53,096 nucleotides of DNA, taken from positions 1 to 53,096 of the forward strand of contig JBKBSR010000001.1 of the NCBI GenBank assembly GCA_046291055.1. Direction: 5' to 3'. The DNA is from Roseococcus sp. Its GTDB lineage: Bacteria > Pseudomonadota > Alphaproteobacteria > Acetobacterales > Acetobacteraceae. The position numbers and the translations under genes were made by a program. Every line of letters begins with the position of its first letter. The first letter of the stretch is position 1. Shown piece after piece: positions 1 to 8,436 of the stretch. The notes beneath the pieces are model-generated. The model was not told where the DNA came from. It saw nothing but the letters and a program-made list of their open reading frames with translations, and did no database searches.

Positions 1-230
1 CCCGACGGCGCGCCGTCGGGGGCGGGCCATGGCGCCATGCTGGGGCCTTTCCCGCCCCCAACGAGACGACCCTGCTCGCCTGCCACGCCGCCGCGGGGGC
101 GCATGGCGGCGGCGATGAGGGCGAACCCGCGCCCCGCCCCCGGTATGGCGATGTCTGCGCCGGCCATCTCCGCGCCCCGGGCGGCAACAAACTTTGCTTC
201 TACCGCTCGGCCGAGGGGTGGCGGGCAGGA

Positions 231-539
231 TCAGCGGCGCGAGGCCTGGCGCTCCAGCACGGCCAGCCAGCCATCGGCGGTGGCTTCCAGCTTCTGCGCC
301 GCCTCGCGCGCCGCGCAGAGATCGGCCTGGGTGGCGGTCAGCGTTCCCGCATAGTGGTCGAGGCTCGCCTCCAGCCCGGCGACGGCGCCGCCGAGTTGGC
401 CGAGGCTGTCGCGGAACTCGGCGATGGCCTGGCGCTGCTCGGCCAGCGCGGCGTCCAGCGCGGCGAGGGCGGCGCGCAGGCGGGCCTCGTCGGAGCGCGG
501 GGGCCGGACGGGGAAGGGCAGGATTTCGGCGCTGGGCAT
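231..539 (-). CDS. Hypothetical 102-aa Ala-rich coiled-coil protein
   Basis: ATG at 539 preceded by GAGGGA. N-terminal 'AEILPFP' motif, then heptad-like helical sequence (LAALDAALAEQRQAIAEFRDSLGQL). AT-rich upstream region. Confidence 0.7.
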   Translation of the reverse strand: MPSAEILPFPVRPPRSDEARLRAALAALDAALAEQRQAIAEFRDSLGQLGGAVAGLEASLDHYAGTLTATQADLCAAREAAQKLEATADGWLAVLERQASRR

Positions 540-583
540 GGTGGTTCCCTCGCTCAACGCCGCGACCCTAGCGCGTCTCAAAA

Positions 584-618
584 GTTAATACAAGATAAAA
601 GTCTTGATACTGGGTAAA
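584..618 (-). promoter_or_regulatory. Two tandem degenerate CtrA-like boxes in an AT-rich island
   Basis: Minus strand reads TTTA-CCCAGTA-TCAA (618-604) and TTTA-TCTTGTA-TTAAC (599-584). The CtrA consensus is TTAA-N7-TTAA(C). The boxes lie about 45-80 bp upstream of the ATG at 539. Confidence 0.45.
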
Positions 619-647
619 GCCCTACGAGGGGCGGGGCCAGTCGGGTT

Positions 648-1088
648 TCAGGCCGCCAGCGCCGCCAACAGGCAGAGCGCCGCCCCCGCCGAGAGCACCC
701 AGCGCAGCACCATGTAGCCCGGGGGCACCCAGCCGCGCGCGGCGGCCGCCTGCTCCGCCCCGGCGGTGACCAGGATTCCCGTGGCCAGCAGCAGCACGGC
801 GGGCCATTCGGGCAGCAGCAGCGCCGCCCAGCCCACAAGCGCCGGCGCCACGCCGAGCATCAGCCGCGGTGCGGCCGCCTCCTCCTCGCCGGGCAGCGAA
901 CGCCACGCGAAGCCCCAATGCACCGCGCCCAGGAAGGAGAGGATCACCGCGCCGTAGCCGATCAGCGCCCCGCGCGCGAAGCCGGTCCAGGTCTCGGGGG
1001 CCGCGTGCACGGCCAGGGCGGCGGCGGCGAAGGGCAGAAGCCCGGCGAGGCCGAGCAGCCAGGCGAGGCGGGTCGAGGAGGCGTCCAT
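648..1088 (-). CDS. DUF3429-like integral membrane protein
   Basis: C-terminal part of ORF 648..2369 from MDASSTRLAWLLGLAGLLPF. Motif YGAVILSFLGAVHWG; about 4 TM helices. Confidence 0.8.
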   Translation of the reverse strand: MDASSTRLAWLLGLAGLLPFAAAALAVHAAPETWTGFARGALIGYGAVILSFLGAVHWGFAWRSLPGEEEAAAPRLMLGVAPALVGWAALLLPEWPAVLLLATGILVTAGAEQAAAARGWVPPGYMVLRWVLSAGAALCLLAALAA

Positions 1089-1154
1089 GGCCTTCCCTAT
1101 CGGGCGCAGCCCGCGCGCGTGCAAGGCCGGCGCGCTTCCCCTATACGCGGCGCG

Positions 1155-2495
1155 ATGGGTATGGCCGTCGAAATCCTGTTCATCCTGGGGCTGACCCTGC
1201 TCAACGGCGTCTTCGCCATGGGCGAGCTCGCCATCGTCTCCGCCCGCAAGCCGCGGCTGCTGGCGCTGGAGCGGAAGGGCAGCGCCGGCGCCGCGGCGGC
1301 CCTGCGCCTGCAGGAGGATCCCCATCGATTCCTGCCCACGGTGCAGGTCGGCATCACGCTGGTGGGCATTCTGGCGGGCGTGTACGGCGGCGCGGCGCTG
1401 GCCGGGCCGCTTGGCGAATGGCTGGAGGCGCTGCCCTGGGTGCGCGGCTTCGGCCAGGCGCTCGCCTTCGGGCTGGTCGTCGTCGCCATCGGCTATGTGA
1501 ACCTGATCCTGGGCGAGTTGGTGCCCAAGCAGCTCGCGCTGCGCAATCCCGAGGCGGTGGCGGTGGTGCTCGCCCGGCCGCTCGTCGCGCTCTCGCGCGT
1601 CACCGCCCCCTTCATCTGGCTGCTCTCGCGCTCCTCCGGCCTCATCCTGCGGCTGTTCGGCGCCCCTCCGGCCGAGCAGGGCGTGACCGAGGAGGAGGTG
1701 AAGGCCGTCGTGGCCGAGGGGGTGGAGGCCGGCGCGCTGGAGCAGAACGAGCGCCAGATGATCGAGCGCGTTCTGCGTCTGGCCGACCGGCCGGTGCGCG
1801 CGCTGATGACGCCGCGCACCGAGGTCGCCTGGCTCGACCGCAACGCCCCGCCCGAGGCGATCGCGGCCGCGCTGCGCGCCGAGAACCTGACGCGCTTCGT
1901 GGTGGCGGACGGGCGGGTGGACAATGTGGTGGGCGTGGTCGCCGTGAAGGAGCTGCTGGACCAGCTCCTCTCCGGCGCGCCGCTCTCCATCGCCGCCGCG
2001 CTGCGCCAGCCCATGGTGCTGCCCGACAACCTCTCCGCCCTGGACGCGCTGGAGCGGCTGCGCGCCGATGCGCTCGGCCTCGCGCTCGTGCTCGACGAAT
2101 ACGGCAGCTTCGAGGGGGTGGTCACCGCCTCCGACCTGCTGGAGGCCATCGTCGGCGAGCTCGGCCCCGCCCCGCATTCGGTGAAGGCGGTGGCGGTGCA
2201 GCGGGCCGACGGATCGCTGCTGCTCGACGGCATGATGGCGCTGGACGAGCTGCGCGAGCGGCTCGAGGATTTCGAGCCGCCCCCGCAATCCGCCGCCTAT
2301 CACACGGTGGCGGGGCTGATGCTCGCGCTGCTGCAGCGCATCCCGCGCGAGGGCGACCGCATCGCCCATTCCGGCTGGCGCTTCGAGATCGTGGACATGG
2401 ACGGCCGGCGCGTGGACAAGGTGCTGGCCGTGCGGGAGGACAGGCTGCCCGAGGCGACTAGCTCGCCGCCGCCCCCTTCGCGAGCGGCGGAATGA
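1155..2495 (+). CDS. Hemolysin-family / CNNM (CorB/TlyC-like) Mg2+/Co2+ transport protein with DUF21, CBS pair and CorC_HlyC domains
   Basis: LLNGVFAMGELAIVSARK, FLPTVQVGIT, ILGELVPKQLA, MTPRTEV, VLDEYGSFEG, FEIVDMDGRRVDKV. Start at 1155 or 1161. Confidence 0.9.
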   Translation: MGMAVEILFILGLTLLNGVFAMGELAIVSARKPRLLALERKGSAGAAAALRLQEDPHRFLPTVQVGITLVGILAGVYGGAALAGPLGEWLEALPWVRGFGQALAFGLVVVAIGYVNLILGELVPKQLALRNPEAVAVVLARPLVALSRVTAPFIWLLSRSSGLILRLFGAPPAEQGVTEEEVKAVVAEGVEAGALEQNERQMIERVLRLADRPVRALMTPRTEVAWLDRNAPPEAIAAALRAENLTRFVVADGRVDNVVGVVAVKELLDQLLSGAPLSIAAALRQPMVLPDNLSALDALERLRADALGLALVLDEYGSFEGVVTASDLLEAIVGELGPAPHSVKAVAVQRADGSLLLDGMMALDELRERLEDFEPPPQSAAYHTVAGLMLALLQRIPREGDRIAHSGWRFEIVDMDGRRVDKVLAVREDRLPEATSSPPPPSRAAE

Positions 2496-2937
2496 ACTGG
2501 GGCTCCGTGTCCCAGGGGAAGAGGATCCAGGTGTCCTGGCTCACCTCGGTCACGAAGCTGTCCACGAGAGGCTTGCCGGCCGGCTTGGCGTAGATGGTGG
2601 CGAAATGCGCGCCGGGCAGCATGGCCCGCACCACTTTCGCGGTGGTGCCCGTGTCCACCAGATCGTCCACCAGCAGCCAGCCCGTGCCGTCGCCCGCGGC
2701 GGCGGGGGGCTTGGCCACGCGCGGCTCGCCGCGCGTCTCCTCGTCGTAGGTGATGACGCTGACCGTCTCGATCACCCGGCATTCCAGTTCGCGCGCTATG
2801 ATGGCGGCCGGCATCAGCCCGCCGCGGGTGATGGCCACCACGCCCTTGAAGGGGCCCTTCTCCATCAGCCGCCAGGCGAGCGCCTTGGCGTCGCGGTGCA
2901 ACTGCTCCCAGCCGACGGTGTAGTAGCGCCGCGCCAT
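2458..2937 (-). CDS. gpt: Xanthine(-guanine) phosphoribosyltransferase
   Basis: W..LHRDAKALA, AITRGG, PRPP-binding loop LLVDDLVDTGTTA, C-terminal QDTWILFPWD. Confidence 0.92.
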   Translation of the reverse strand: MARRYYTVGWEQLHRDAKALAWRLMEKGPFKGVVAITRGGLMPAAIIARELECRVIETVSVITYDEETRGEPRVAKPPAAAGDGTGWLLVDDLVDTGTTAKVVRAMLPGAHFATIYAKPAGKPLVDSFVTEVSQDTWILFPWDTEPQFIPPLAKGAAAS

Positions 2938-2938
2938 C

Positions 2939-3280
2939 TCACTGCATCCTTCCGCCGTTGGGAACCGGGAAATCCGGCCGGATCAGCACCACCGCGCCGT
3001 TCTCGTCGGGCAGGCCCAGCACCAGCACCTCGGAGAGGAAGGGGCCGATCTGGCGCGGCGGGAAGTTCACCACCGCGAGCACCTGCCGGCCGATCAGCCG
3101 GTCGGGGCTGTAATGGACGGCGATCTGCGCGGAGCTTTTCCGCACGCCGATCCCGGCCCCGAAATCCACCCAGAGCCGGATGGCGGGCTTGCGCGCCTCG
3201 GGGAAGGGGCGCGCGTCCACCACCGTGCCCACGCGGATGTCCACGCGCTCGAAATCGGCCCAGGCGATAGTCTGGCTCAT
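2939..3280 (-). CDS. csaA: tRNA-binding protein / export chaperone CsaA
   Basis: DFERVDIRVGTV, FPEARKPA, KSSAQI, AVVNFPPRQIGPFLSEVLVLG. Its stop is 1 bp from the gpt start. Confidence 0.9.
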   Translation of the reverse strand: MSQTIAWADFERVDIRVGTVVDARPFPEARKPAIRLWVDFGAGIGVRKSSAQIAVHYSPDRLIGRQVLAVVNFPPRQIGPFLSEVLVLGLPDENGAVVLIRPDFPVPNGGRMQ

Positions 3281-3407
3281 GGGCGGGCGCGGTAGCAGGG
3301 GCGCGCCGGGCCGGGAAGGGGGGGCATGGACGCGGGCGCGCACGGGCCTATGGTGCGGCCTCGAAAGCGGCCCATCCCGACACCGGGACGGGCGAGGGAC
3401 ACGGATC

Positions 3408-5012
3408 ATGCGCGACTTCCACCTGCCCGGGCGCAGCCCGGTGATCGCCGCCCGCGGCATGGCGGCGACCTCCATGCCCGCCGCCTCCCTCGCCGCCGTC
3501 GAGGTGCTGAAATCGGGCGGCAACGCGCTGGACGCGGCCATCGCCGCCGCGGCGCTGCTCGGCGTGATCGAGCCGCAGAGCACGGGCATCGGCGGCGACT
3601 GCTTCTGCCTCTACGCCCCGGCCGGCACGGGCCAGGTGATCGCGCTCAACGGCTCCGGTCGCGCGCCGGCGGCGGCCACGCCCGAGGCGCTGCGCGCCGC
3701 GGGGCTGTCGAGGATGCTCAACACCTCCGCCCATTCGGTGACCGTGCCGGGGGCGGTGGCGGCCTGGCAGGCGCTGAACGCCGCCTATGGCCGCAAGGAG
3801 CTGGGCTTCCTGCTGCAGCCCGCGATCCGCGCGGCCGAGCAGGGCTTCCACCTGCATGCCCGCGTCGCCCATGACTGGGCCGAGGCGGCGGAGAAGCTCT
3901 CGCTCCAGGAGGCGGCGAAGCGCCACTACCTGCCCGGCGGCCGCGCCCCGCGCATGGGCGAGAAGATCGCCTTCCCCGCGCTCGGCGCCACGCTGCGCGC
4001 CATCGCGCAGCACGGCGCGCGCGCCTTCTACGAGGGCGAGATCGCGGCCGACATGGTGGCGACGCTGCGCGCCGCGGGCGGGCTGCACACGGAGGAGGAT
4101 TTCGCAGCCGGCCTGTTCGGCGCCGAATACGTCACGCCCATCTCGCGCCGCTGGAAGGGCATGGAGATCTTCGAATGCCCGCCCAACGGCACGGGCATCA
4201 TCGCGCTGATGATGCTCGGGCTGCTGGAGGGGTTCGGCCCGCCCGAGGGCGGGCCGCTCGGCGTGCGGCGCTTCCATCGCCACATCGAGGCGGCGCGCCT
4301 CGCCTACCGCGACCGAGACGCCTTCATCGCCGACCCCGCGCAGGTGGAGGTGCCCGTCGCGCATCTGCTCTCGGACGAGTATCTGCAAGCGCTCGCGCGC
4401 AACATCCGCGACGAGAAGGCGATGGCGGAGCTGCCCCCGGCCGGCCAGCCGCTGTTCCCCGTGCATGCCGACACCGTCTATCTCTGCGTGGTGGACGAGG
4501 ACGGCAACGCCTGCTCCTTCATCAACTCGCTGTTCGAGAGCTTCGGCTCCGGCCTGCTCGCGGAGAAGAGCGGGGTGATGCTGCACAACCGCGGCTTCGG
4601 CTTCCGGCTGGAGGAGGGGCACCCCAACTGCATCGCCCCGCGCAAGCGCCCCATGCACACCATCATCCCCGGCATGGCGATGCAGGACGGGCAGGCGCTG
4701 ATGCCCTTCGGCGTGATGGGCGGCCATTTCCAGCCCATGGGCCAGACGCTGCTGCTCTCCAACATCTTCGAGTTCGGGATGGACGTGCAGGAGGCGCTGG
4801 ACGCCCCGCGCCTCTTCCCGCGCGAGGGGCAGGTGCAGGTGGAGCGCGGCATTTCCGCCGATGTGGTGACGGGCCTCGAGGCGCTCGGCCACTCCTGCAT
4901 CGCCTGGGACAAGCCGCATGGCGGCGGCCAGGCCATCATGATCGACCGCGCGCGGGGTTGCCTGATCGGCGGCAGCGATCCGCGCAAGGACGGCTGCGCG
5001 ATCGGCTACTGA
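3408..5012 (+). CDS. ggt: Gamma-glutamyltransferase family protein (no signal peptide)
   Basis: GGNALDAAIA, EPQSTGIGGD, nucleophile Thr in HADTVYLCVVD, KRPMHTIIP, GVMGGHFQP, GGSDPRKDG. Confidence 0.9.
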   Translation: MRDFHLPGRSPVIAARGMAATSMPAASLAAVEVLKSGGNALDAAIAAAALLGVIEPQSTGIGGDCFCLYAPAGTGQVIALNGSGRAPAAATPEALRAAGLSRMLNTSAHSVTVPGAVAAWQALNAAYGRKELGFLLQPAIRAAEQGFHLHARVAHDWAEAAEKLSLQEAAKRHYLPGGRAPRMGEKIAFPALGATLRAIAQHGARAFYEGEIAADMVATLRAAGGLHTEEDFAAGLFGAEYVTPISRRWKGMEIFECPPNGTGIIALMMLGLLEGFGPPEGGPLGVRRFHRHIEAARLAYRDRDAFIADPAQVEVPVAHLLSDEYLQALARNIRDEKAMAELPPAGQPLFPVHADTVYLCVVDEDGNACSFINSLFESFGSGLLAEKSGVMLHNRGFGFRLEEGHPNCIAPRKRPMHTIIPGMAMQDGQALMPFGVMGGHFQPMGQTLLLSNIFEFGMDVQEALDAPRLFPREGQVQVERGISADVVTGLEALGHSCIAWDKPHGGGQAIMIDRARGCLIGGSDPRKDGCAIGY

Positions 5013-5084
5013 GGCCCCCCCCTCGCCGGATCGCGGCGAGGGTGCTTTGCTCGGCAGCGACGCATCGCTCCCGAGGAAGGCCCG

Positions 5085-6581
5085 ATGACCGAGCCCTGCG
5101 AACTCTCCGCCGTCGCCGCGCGCCGCCTGATCGGGCGGAAGAAGCTCTCGCCGGTGGAGCTGCTCGATTCCTGTCTCGCGCGCATCGGGGCGGTGAACCA
5201 CGCGGTGAACGCGATGACGGCCATGGACGCCGAGGCCGCGCGCGCCGCCGCCCGCGCCGCCGAGGCCGCGGTGATGACGGGCGAGCGGCTGGGGCCGCTG
5301 CACGGGCTGCCGCTCGGCATCAAGGATCTGGAGGCGACGAAGGGGCTCTGCACCACCTGGGGCAGCCTGCTCTTCAAGGACCATGTGCCGGACGAGGACG
5401 AGGGCATGGTGCGCCGGCTGCGCGAGGCCGGCGGCATCGTGCTCGGCAAGACCAACGTCCCCGAGTTCGGCCTGGGCGCGAACACGCGCAACGCCGTCTA
5501 TGGCGCCACGGGCAACGCCTTCGACCCGGCCTTCAACGCGGCCGGCTCCTCCGGCGGCTCGGCGGTGGCGCTGGCCTGCGACATGGTCCCACTCGCCTCC
5601 GGCTCCGACACCGGCGGAAGCCTGCGCAACCCCGCGGCCTTCAACGGCATCGTGGGCTACCGGCCTTCGGCCGGGCTGGTCCCCAACGAGCGGCGCGGAC
5701 ATGGATGGAACGTGCTCTCCGTGCTCGGCCCCATGGCGCGCGACGTGCCGGACCTCTGCCTGATGCTCTCGGCCATGGCAGGGGACGATGCGGGCGACCC
5801 GCTCGCCTACACGCTGCATGCGCGCAGGGTGCGGGGCGAGCCCGCCCTCTACTTCCCGCCGCGGCAGATCGACCTCTCGACGCTGCGCCTCGCCGCGACG
5901 GAGGATTTCAACGCCGCGCTGGTGGAGGGCGTGGTGCGGCGCAAGTTCCGCCGCATCGTCGAGGCCTGCGGCGCCCTTTTCGCGCGGGTGGAGGCTGCGA
6001 GCCCGGACGTGACCGGCGGCGACGAGGCCTTCGAGGTGCTGCGCGCCTCGGGCGTGCTGGCCGCGCATGGCGAGCGGGTGAAGCGCCACCCCGAGCTCTG
6101 CGGGCCGAACATGCACGCGAACGTGGCGGAGGGGCTGCGCTACAGCCTGGCAGACCAGGCGCGCGCGGCCACGCTGCAGACCAACATCTACCGCGAGTTC
6201 CAGCGCTTCTTCGCGCGCCACGACGTGCTGATCACGCCCGCCATCACCACCAGCCCCCGCCCCTGGCGCGAGCTCTATCCCGCCGAGATCGACGGGCAGC
6301 GCACGCGCAGCTACTTCCACTGGCTGGCGCTGGCCTATTACGTCACGCTCACCGGCCATCCTGCGGTGAGCCTGCCCGTGGGGCTCGACGAGAAGGGCTT
6401 CCCCTTCGGCCTGCAGATCGTCGGCCCGCGCGGCGGCGACGCCTTCGTGCTCGGCGTGGCGGCGGCGCTGGAGGAGGCCTTCGCCGGCGATGCCGAGTTC
6501 GGCCGGCCGAAGCCCGACATCGCCGCGCTGAAGGCTGCGGGGCCGATCAGCGCGATGGAGGGGTTCCTCGGCTTCGGCTGA
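5085..6581 (+). CDS. Amidase signature family protein
   Basis: LHGLPLGIKD, GKTNVPEFG, GSSGGSAVA, GSDTGGSLRNPA (Lys-cisSer-Ser triad). Confidence 0.92.
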   Translation: MTEPCELSAVAARRLIGRKKLSPVELLDSCLARIGAVNHAVNAMTAMDAEAARAAARAAEAAVMTGERLGPLHGLPLGIKDLEATKGLCTTWGSLLFKDHVPDEDEGMVRRLREAGGIVLGKTNVPEFGLGANTRNAVYGATGNAFDPAFNAAGSSGGSAVALACDMVPLASGSDTGGSLRNPAAFNGIVGYRPSAGLVPNERRGHGWNVLSVLGPMARDVPDLCLMLSAMAGDDAGDPLAYTLHARRVRGEPALYFPPRQIDLSTLRLAATEDFNAALVEGVVRRKFRRIVEACGALFARVEAASPDVTGGDEAFEVLRASGVLAAHGERVKRHPELCGPNMHANVAEGLRYSLADQARAATLQTNIYREFQRFFARHDVLITPAITTSPRPWRELYPAEIDGQRTRSYFHWLALAYYVTLTGHPAVSLPVGLDEKGFPFGLQIVGPRGGDAFVLGVAAALEEAFAGDAEFGRPKPDIAALKAAGPISAMEGFLGFG

Positions 6582-6590
6582 GGCCGCGCC

Positions 6591-6830
6591 TCACCAGTAG
6601 CGCGGGCGCGGGTGGCCCCAGGCGTAGTGCGGCCGGTGATAGGCGGGCCGGCCATAGTGCCAGTGGTGATGGCGCGGCTGGTTGGCCGCGACGATGGCCG
6701 CCCCGGCCACGGCGCCGATGCCCGCGCCCAGCAGCCCGGTGGCGACCGGGTCCACATTGCCATAGGGGTCGGTGCAGGCCGTGGCGCCGAGGGCGGCGGC
6801 GAGAAGGACGGGGAGCAGGAGCTTGCGCAT
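6591..6830 (-). CDS. Small lipoprotein with glycine-zipper-like helix and His/Tyr/Arg-rich tail
   Basis: Signal MRKLLLPVLLAAALGATA-C (lipobox-like), GLLGAGIGAVAGAAI, GGAGG upstream. Confidence 0.75.
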   Translation of the reverse strand: MRKLLLPVLLAAALGATACTDPYGNVDPVATGLLGAGIGAVAGAAIVAANQPRHHHWHYGRPAYHRPHYAWGHPRPRYW

Positions 6831-6971
6831 GGGGGGCCTCCGGACGCTGGCATCCTATGCCCTGCCCGGGGGCGGATTGAGGGAAGGATTGCGGCGGCGC
6901 CGCCCCGATGATGGCCACGCCATGTCACGACCCCCCCCGCACGGCGGAGAAGACGTTGCCCCCGCCGCGCC

Positions 6972-7223
6972 CTACCGCGCGGCGGAGAAGGCGTTAAAGG
7001 TCTGCAGCGTGTAGGTGTCCTTCACCCCCGGCACGCTCTGCACCTTCTCCACCACGAACAGGCCGATGTCCTGGTCGGGCTCCAGGTAGAACTTCCCGAG
7101 CAGGTCATACTGGCCGGAAATGGAGTGCATCTCGGACAGCTCGGCGATGCTGTCGGCCATCTCGCGGGCCACGCGGTAGGCCTGGCCCATCTCGCACTTG
7201 ATCATCACGAAGATCGCCCGCAT
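6972..7223 (-). CDS. Stand-alone Lrp/AsnC ligand-binding (RAM) domain protein, 83 aa
   Basis: [13 protein letters not shown]...[13 protein letters not shown]...[17 protein letters not shown]; no HTH. Confidence 0.85.
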   Translation of the reverse strand: MRAIFVMIKCEMGQAYRVAREMADSIAELSEMHSISGQYDLLGKFYLEPDQDIGLFVVEKVQSVPGVKDTYTLQTFNAFSAAR

Positions 7224-7339
7224 CGCCGCCTCCTGTCGCGGCGCGAGATTGCCGCGCGGCCGGGCGGGCGTCCATGCCCGCTGCACCCGCAGCGGGCAGG
7301 GTCGGCGCGGCCCGTCCGATCGCGGGCGGGGCGGGGCGC

Positions 7340-7368
7340 TTGCGGCGGCGTCCGCGCGCGCCCACTCT
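7340..7368 (+). promoter_or_regulatory. Putative sigma70 promoter for a leaderless transcript
   Basis: TTGCGG(7340-45)-N17-CACTCT(7363-68), then 6 nt to ATG 7375; no SD. Confidence 0.4.
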
Positions 7369-7374
7369 GCATCC

Positions 7375-8436
7375 ATGACGCTTCCGCAACCCGCGCCCGA
7401 CCGCGGCGGCCCCGCGCAGCCCCTCCTCGCGCTGGAGGGGCTCGTCAAGCATTTCCCCCTCAAGGGAGGGCTGTTCGGCCGCACCCGCGCCGTGGTCCGG
7501 GCGGTGGACGGGGTGAGCTTCGCGGTGGCGAAGGGCGAGACGCTCGGCATCGTGGGCGAGAGCGGCTGCGGCAAATCCACCACCGCCCGGCTGCTCATGC
7601 GCCTGATGGAGCCCGACGCCGGCAGCATGATCTTCGACGGCGAGCCGGTGGGCGAGAGCGAGCAGGCCGGCGGCATCGGGCTGCGGGACTACCGCCGCCA
7701 GGTGCAGATGGTGTTCCAGGACAGCTACGCCTCGCTCAACCCCCGGCTGCCCATCGAGGAGAGCATCGCCTTCGGCCCGCGCGTCCACGGCCTGCCGGCG
7801 GGCGAGGCGGTGCAGCGCGCGCGGGAGCTGCTGGCCGCGGTCGGCCTCGCGCCCGAGAGCTTCGCGCGGCGCTACCCGCATGAGCTGTCCGGCGGGCAGC
7901 GCCAGCGCGTGAACATCGCCCGCGCCCTGGCGCTGCGCCCGCGCCTCGTGATCCTGGACGAGCCGGTTTCCGCCCTCGACAAGTCGGTCGAAGCGCAGGT
8001 GCTGAACCTGCTGGTGGATCTGAAGGAGGGCTTCGGCCTCACCTATGTGTTCATCAGCCACGACCTGAACGTGGTGCAGTACATCAGCGACCGCGTGCTG
8101 GTGATGTATCTGGGCGAGGTGGCCGAGATGGGGCCGGTGGGGGCGATCTACGACCGCCCGGCGCATCCCTACACCCAGGCCCTGCTCGATTCGCGCCCCT
8201 CCATGGACCCCGCCCGCCGTCGCACGAAGCCGCCCCTGACGGGCGATCCGCCCAACCCGGTGAACCCGCCCTCGGGCTGCCGCTTCCGCACCCGCTGCCC
8301 GCACGCCGAGGAGGTCTGCGCCGCGCGGAAGCCCCGCATGGCCGCGCTGGGCGAGGGGCATGTGGCGGCCTGCCACATGGCTGATCCCGGCAGCGGGCAC
8401 TCCAAGGCCGGCATGCCGCTGGAGAGGGCGGCATGA
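7375..8436 (+). CDS. Oligopeptide/dipeptide ABC transporter ATPase (OppF/DppF-like)
   Basis: [38 protein letters not shown]. Confidence 0.92.
   Translation: MTLPQPAPDRGGPAQPLLALEGLVKHFPLKGGLFGRTRAVVRAVDGVSFAVAKGETLGIVGESGCGKSTTARLLMRLMEPDAGSMIFDGEPVGESEQAGGIGLRDYRRQVQMVFQDSYASLNPRLPIEESIAFGPRVHGLPAGEAVQRARELLAAVGLAPESFARRYPHELSGGQRQRVNIARALALRPRLVILDEPVSALDKSVEAQVLNLLVDLKEGFGLTYVFISHDLNVVQYISDRVLVMYLGEVAEMGPVGAIYDRPAHPYTQALLDSRPSMDPARRRTKPPLTGDPPNPVNPPSGCRFRTRCPHAEEVCAARKPRMAALGEGHVAACHMADPGSGHSKAGMPLERAA

Noticed and set aside
37-230. Possible riboswitch, ncRNA or short ORF upstream of a gene running off the left edge
   Set aside because: No recognisable conserved RNA motif; the ORFs are low-complexity and cannot be supported.
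3348-6359. Very long antisense and alternative-frame ORFs (3348..6359, 10416..13349, 25864..29391, 38176..41688, 42646..45738 and others)
   Set aside because: Shadow ORFs of real genes. High GC makes stops rare; the translations are Arg/Ala/Gly-rich with no motifs.
6994-6997. TTAA upstream of the small lipoprotein as a CtrA half-site
   Set aside because: It lies inside the Lrp-domain CDS and has no partner half-site at N7.
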